The notes beneath the pieces were generated by a model. That model saw nothing but the letters and a program-made list of their open reading frames with translations, ran no database searches and had not been told where the DNA came from. Position numbers and translations under genes: made by a program. Below, piece by piece: positions 58,959 through 64,000 of a stretch of DNA of 64,000 nt (positions are counted from its first letter, which is position 1; each line of letters begins with the position of its first letter). Origin of the DNA: Eledone cirrhosa. Its lineage: Eukaryota. Where the stretch lies: assembly GCA_964016885.1 (NCBI GenBank), contig OZ024741.1:170438001-170502000 (forward strand), in the 5' to 3' direction.

Positions 58959-59027
<69 letters not shown>
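58928..59027. repeat. Compound (AGT)n(AGC)n(AGT)n trinucleotide repeat
   Basis: Visible directly. Confidence 0.95.
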
Positions 59028-59028
<1 letters not shown>

Positions 59029-59069
59029 TTTTTCATTATAAATACAAATAAACACACATCAACATATGC

Positions 59070-59113
<44 letters not shown>

Positions 59114-59115
<2 letters not shown>

Positions 59116-59193
59116 CGAAGGAAATGTGGTAAGGAACCAGAATTAGCCGTCGAAACGGCTTGAGCTCAGCTGTCGGGGTCTTACTGGTTCCTA
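59114..59193. mobile_element. 80-bp family E fold-back remnant
   Basis: First 27 nt equal the left end at 16216; the rest equals the right arm 16355-16408; (TA)n on both sides. Confidence 0.8.
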
Positions 59194-59216
59194 TATATAT
59201 ATATATATATATATAC

Positions 59217-59373
59217 AACTAAACTAGCAGACATACTATATCTATGACTGATGCATGCTGGTTGAAAGATGAATCCTTAGGTAGCATTCATTTGTCATAT
59301 AAAATATGTTGACTCGGTACATTACATAGAGCATTCTTTCTCCTTCAATTATAATTTGGTAATTCTTGGCACA
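59217..59373 (+). mobile_element. PLE-type terminus related to family S
   Basis: CTCGGTACATTACATAGAGCATTCTTTCTCCT matches the minus strand of 51878-51910. Confidence 0.5.
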
Positions 59374-60026
59374 ATATATAGGTATATATATAAATGCTCA
59401 CACCCGAGTGTAAGTGCGTGTGTGTGTGTGTATGTATGTGTGTGCGTGTGTATCTGTTCGTTCGATTTTATTACTGAAAATATTTTTGTTTGATTGTTTC
59501 CATCGATTATTTTCCCTTAAACATCTCAAATTTGAACTCCTTTTATTCTCTTCTCCCTCTACAAACCTGAAAATCTTACACCTGAAATAATCAAATTCTA
59601 TCTGTTCTAAATGAATTAGGCAAAAATTGAAATACATTTTTTTAATAAGAAAACTTTGTAACAAATAAAACACACATTAAATTTAAAAAATATCACCGGA
59701 GAGAAAATTCTAAATTCAATTATACGTCTAAAGAAATCGAACAAATATCGTTGTTGCTTTTATTATTATTATAGATGTTGTTGTTGTTGCTGTTGTTTTT
59801 GTTGTTCTTGTTGTTCTTGTTACTATTATTATTATTGTTATCAATATTTTTGTTATTATTATTGTTATTATTCTTTTCATCGTCACCATTATCATAGTCA
59901 TCTTAATTTCCTTTTAGTTTGTGTTTGCGTTCATAATATTTCGCCTTCCTGTCACAGTATGATTGTTTTAATCAATATTACGTATTGTATATGTTCCTGC
60001 AGCGTGCAGCTTATGTAATTACACAC

Positions 60027-60128
<102 letters not shown>

Positions 60129-61458
60129 ATAATTCAAATAAGATAATATATGTATATAGTCATATACCGTTAGATAAGGTTATGGTATTCTGTATATATA
60201 TAAAAAAAACATAATATTTTGGGGAAAAACCCATATATTTTAAGGTAGAAAAACTAAAATTCCTTACAGGGGTATATCATAGTTCCTAGCACCGGATTGA
60301 AAAGCGATCTACGTAATCAATAATCGATTATTAATTATCAATTGTGGTGCAGCACTATTTGCTCCCAAGGCCTAAATATTATGGAGTCACCCGACTAGCT
60401 TACTAAAAGGGGAACACTAGTCAGATACACATGAATAATGACTTAGGATTCCCCAAAACTACAGACATATAACATGCCTTTCTACAATATACAAGACCTT
60501 ATTTGAGATAATATCGTAGAAACTGACAAAACACTTGGAAAAATAGAACTGTTTCCGAAAGAGAAGAAAGATTGTACAAAAGCTCATATGGCTGAAAAGA
60601 CTAATCACCAAACCCATAACAGAAAACTGTAGCAAACATTCTCAGCATAGATTGATTACAAGATGCAATTTAATAATGTTTGTAAATGCATGAATACTGA
60701 ATAATAGCCATAAAGAATGTAGTGCCAACAATAAAAGCATTCACGAAACAAGCCTAAGAGTCAAGCAGTTCTGCAAATACAAATGAAAGAGAATTCATAA
60801 AAACGGAGTACCTCTTGCCTTTCACAATTTCTCTTCTACATAATATTGGTCCCATTATCTGAGATATTAAAAAGGATTGGACATGGATATAAATGTTAAC
60901 TCAAGAATATTATCAACCCTCTCTATATAGAAGTATTACAACTATACGCTACAGATGTAAGACATCTAGAAATATTGGTGTAGGCAGAATATGGGTTCAT
61001 GAAAGGAATCGGCATGAAGTTTGCACTTGAAAAATGTGCAAAGTCAAACTAGCAGAGAGGAAAATTAGTGAAAAACACTAAAATATGTACGCCCTTATAG
61101 CAGCAATAACAATACAAACAAAGAAATAACAAGGGATAATGCATTATTTACAATGTGTAAAAGTGAGAGATGAACAATAACATTAAATAGCAATACATTA
61201 AAGAGCAACTTAACGACAAGGGGCATTGGGCTATTTATATGGTGTAGAATAGGTGTAATCAGTAATAGCAACAAAGAAATATTAATGAGTAGATAACAGA
61301 TAACAACATAAAAACAAGGAATTATATGGAGTAAACGGAAAAATTAGTAATAATAAAGACATATATATCAATAGATAATAATGAATAACTGTAAAAGAGT
61401 TAGGCTTTTACAAAAGGAAAGGGTGTGGGATTCTTAAATACACGCACTCTCTCTCTCG

Positions 61459-61489
<31 letters not shown>

Positions 61490-61504
61490 TCTCTCTCTAT
61501 CTCT

Positions 61505-61547
<43 letters not shown>

Positions 61548-61565
61548 ATATATATATATGTATGT

Positions 61566-61614
<49 letters not shown>

Positions 61615-61639
61615 TGTATACATATATATATATATATAT

Positions 61640-62092
61640 AAATGGTAAAAAATGAAATGAAATGAAATTTCTCACTCTTAGTACGGCTGTTACTTAAATA
61701 TAAGTATGTATACGTACATACCTATATGTATACAAACGTACAGTAGTTTGTATATATATACATACATGCACACATATATATATATGTACGTATGGTTTTA
61801 CCGAGCATTTATTATAATGCTCGGTTTGTTTGTAAACAAACATCTCGAATTAAGCCGTACAGTGTTTAGCAACCATCGTTGCCCTTTTGTTCAAAACTGA
61901 CAAAGGAACGATGTACTAGTTTCCCAAACACTGTACGGTTTAATTCGGGATGTTTGTTTACAAACAAACCAAGCATTATAATAAATGCTCGGTAAAACCA
62001 TATGTACATATATATATATATGTGTGCATGTATGCATATATATACATACTACTGTACGTCTGTATACATATATGTATGTACGTATACATTCT
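61640..62092. mobile_element. Family T fold-back remnant
   Basis: 61640-61923 matches the 431-bp unit; 61926-62092 is inverted. The junction falls just past the HHR GAAA. Confidence 0.8.
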
Positions 62093-62178
62093 TATATATA
62101 TATATATATATATATAAATGTATTAAGCAAAAATTTGATTGTTTTATATTTTGTATATATATATATTATATATATATG

Positions 62179-62211
<33 letters not shown>

Positions 62212-62232
62212 CTGTCTGAGTGTGTGTGTGTG

Positions 62233-62288
<56 letters not shown>

Positions 62289-62578
62289 TGTGTGTTCAAT
62301 AGAAGTTGTTTTGGTAAAAAACAGACGTAAGCAGTATAAAGCTCTACATTAGTAGCTTGTAGATACGATGGAGATTCAAAATAACAATAACAATAAAAAA
62401 AATGATGTTACGTAACTCGTTTATACATAATAATTTATTTTAATGGTTCCATTATGTAATATATGATGTAATTTATGCAGTTGTTCAACAAAATTGGATT
62501 TTCATACAGTTCCCATAACAACAGCAAATTATGAATAAACGATTTATGTAACATCAGCAATTTTCTTAATGTTATTCG

Positions 62579-62611
<33 letters not shown>

Positions 62612-62627
62612 TATAATATAATATAAT

Positions 62628-63900
62628 ATATAGAGTAGAACACACAAACGAGTATATTTTGAATTAACACGGGTAGAAAACCACTAAAGGGAAAGGCATA
62701 AAATCTACGAAAAGTGTGGAAAATACATAATAGTTGGAAAGGTAAATTAAAATGCACTAACCCAGCTTTATAACTATGAAACACCTGGACAGACTCAAAG
62801 AAAAGAATGTTTCACCATACACAGTGTCACAACCATAACATCCCAGGGCTCGCCGACAGGGGCAAGGACGATATGGACTGCTCTACTAAAGAGACTGTAG
62901 ATAACTGAATCGCACGTGGTGAGACAACGAAAATACGTGCGTCAGACAGTACATAGCGGCTTGAATGGATAAAAAACCTGCTAGAAATAGCAGCCTATAA
63001 CCATTCAACTTCAAAAGCTCAACAGACATAGGGAACATTCGTTAGGAGCCAAAATATCAAATGAAAAAACGGAGTTAAAGATTCGCGTTAATCCCCTGTA
63101 ATTTAATGAGCTCAAGGTATAAGTACCGGGCTCTTCATAATATGATATATAGAGAACAACACACAGAAGAATATACTTTGAATTACGAGGGGTAGAGAAC
63201 CACTAAAGTGAAAGGAATTATCTCTATGTTTGTTGAGCTTTTTAAGTTGAATGGTTATAAGCTGCTATTTTTAGCGTTTTTTTTATCCATTCAAGCCACT
63301 ATGTACTGTCTGACGCGCGTCTTTACGTTCTCTCTCCACCAGTGATTCTGTTATCTAAAGTCTCTTTAGAAGTGCACTCCATATCATTTCTACACCTGTT
63401 TACGAGCCCTGGGATGTTATGGTTGTGACACTGTGTATGGTGAAACATTTTCTTCTTTGAGTCTGTCCAGGTGTTTCATAGTTATAAAGGTGGGTTAGTG
63501 CATTTTAATTTACCTTTCCAATTATTGTGTATTTTCCACACTTTTCCTGGACTTTATTTCTTATACTTTAGTGGTTCTCGATCCCTCGTAATTCAAAACA
63601 TACTCCTTTGTGTTTTCTTCTCTATATATTATATTATGAAGAGCCCGGTACTTATATCTTGAGCTCATTAAATTACAGGGCGGATTGGTAGTGTCGGTAG
63701 AGGGTCGGGCGCCATGCTTTGCAGCAAGGAGTTACGGCACTTTATGGCCTGAGTTCAAATCCCGCCGAGGTTAATTTTGCCTTTCATCCTTACGGCGTCG
63801 ATAAAATAAAGTACCAGTAATATACTGGCATAATTGCTGGCCTTGTGCCAAAATTAGAAACAATTAAATTACAGGGGATTAACGCGAGTCTTTAACTCCT
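62628..63900. mobile_element. Nested inverted-repeat element
   Basis: 62628-63032 vs 63221-63630 inverted. 63071-63215 is the inverse of about 63560-63680 plus 63877-63899. Confidence 0.7.
63679..63866 (+). mobile_element. Octopus-type SINE with a 14-bp target-site duplication
   Basis: ATTAAATTACAGGG at 63667-63680 and 63863-63876. Confidence 0.9.
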
Positions 63901-64000
63901 AGTTAGAATTTTAGTCTACGACTTCAGCTATACCATTTACGTGGTTTTGTCTTTGCGTGCAATTGTTCTCTACGCTCTACATATGACGTATTATCTTCGT
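63898..64000 (+). mobile_element. Family J UTR sequence running off the window end
   Basis: Reverse complement of about 29798..29898. Confidence 0.7.

Noticed and set aside
60380-60720. Possible decayed GIY-YIG fragment
   Set aside because: Only a faint IVETDKTL-like word; no continuous frame.

Overview
This is AT-rich, microsatellite-dense eukaryotic DNA, most likely from an octopus: four copies of a tRNA-head/Nin-core SINE closely resemble the abundant octopus SINE. I can support no host gene. Most ORFs in the track are translated (TA)n/(TG)n/(GA)n repeats. The window is dominated by Penelope-like retroelements (PLEs; RT plus C-terminal GIY-YIG) from at least four coding families and about eight non-coding families, nearly all abutting (TA)n tracts. 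One copy has an intact ORF (ATG 905..3346) between direct pseudo-LTRs. Most other insertions share one fold-back design: two 5'-truncated copies joined head-to-head, 3' ends outward, one arm carrying a 60-150 nt tail and the other ending at a family-fixed earlier point. They range from about 80 bp to 8.9 kb. Most termini contain type I hammerhead ribozyme (HHR) motifs, several with unusual features (stem II up to about 115 nt; C.A or U.U at the base of stem II). A 431-bp HHR-bearing tandem repeat looks retrozyme-like. A short motif (about TACATHGAGY) recurs about 40-65 nt from the tail end in around ten otherwise dissimilar termini. Also present: an RTE-type LINE fragment and a 200-N gap. All structures were paired by eye, not computed.
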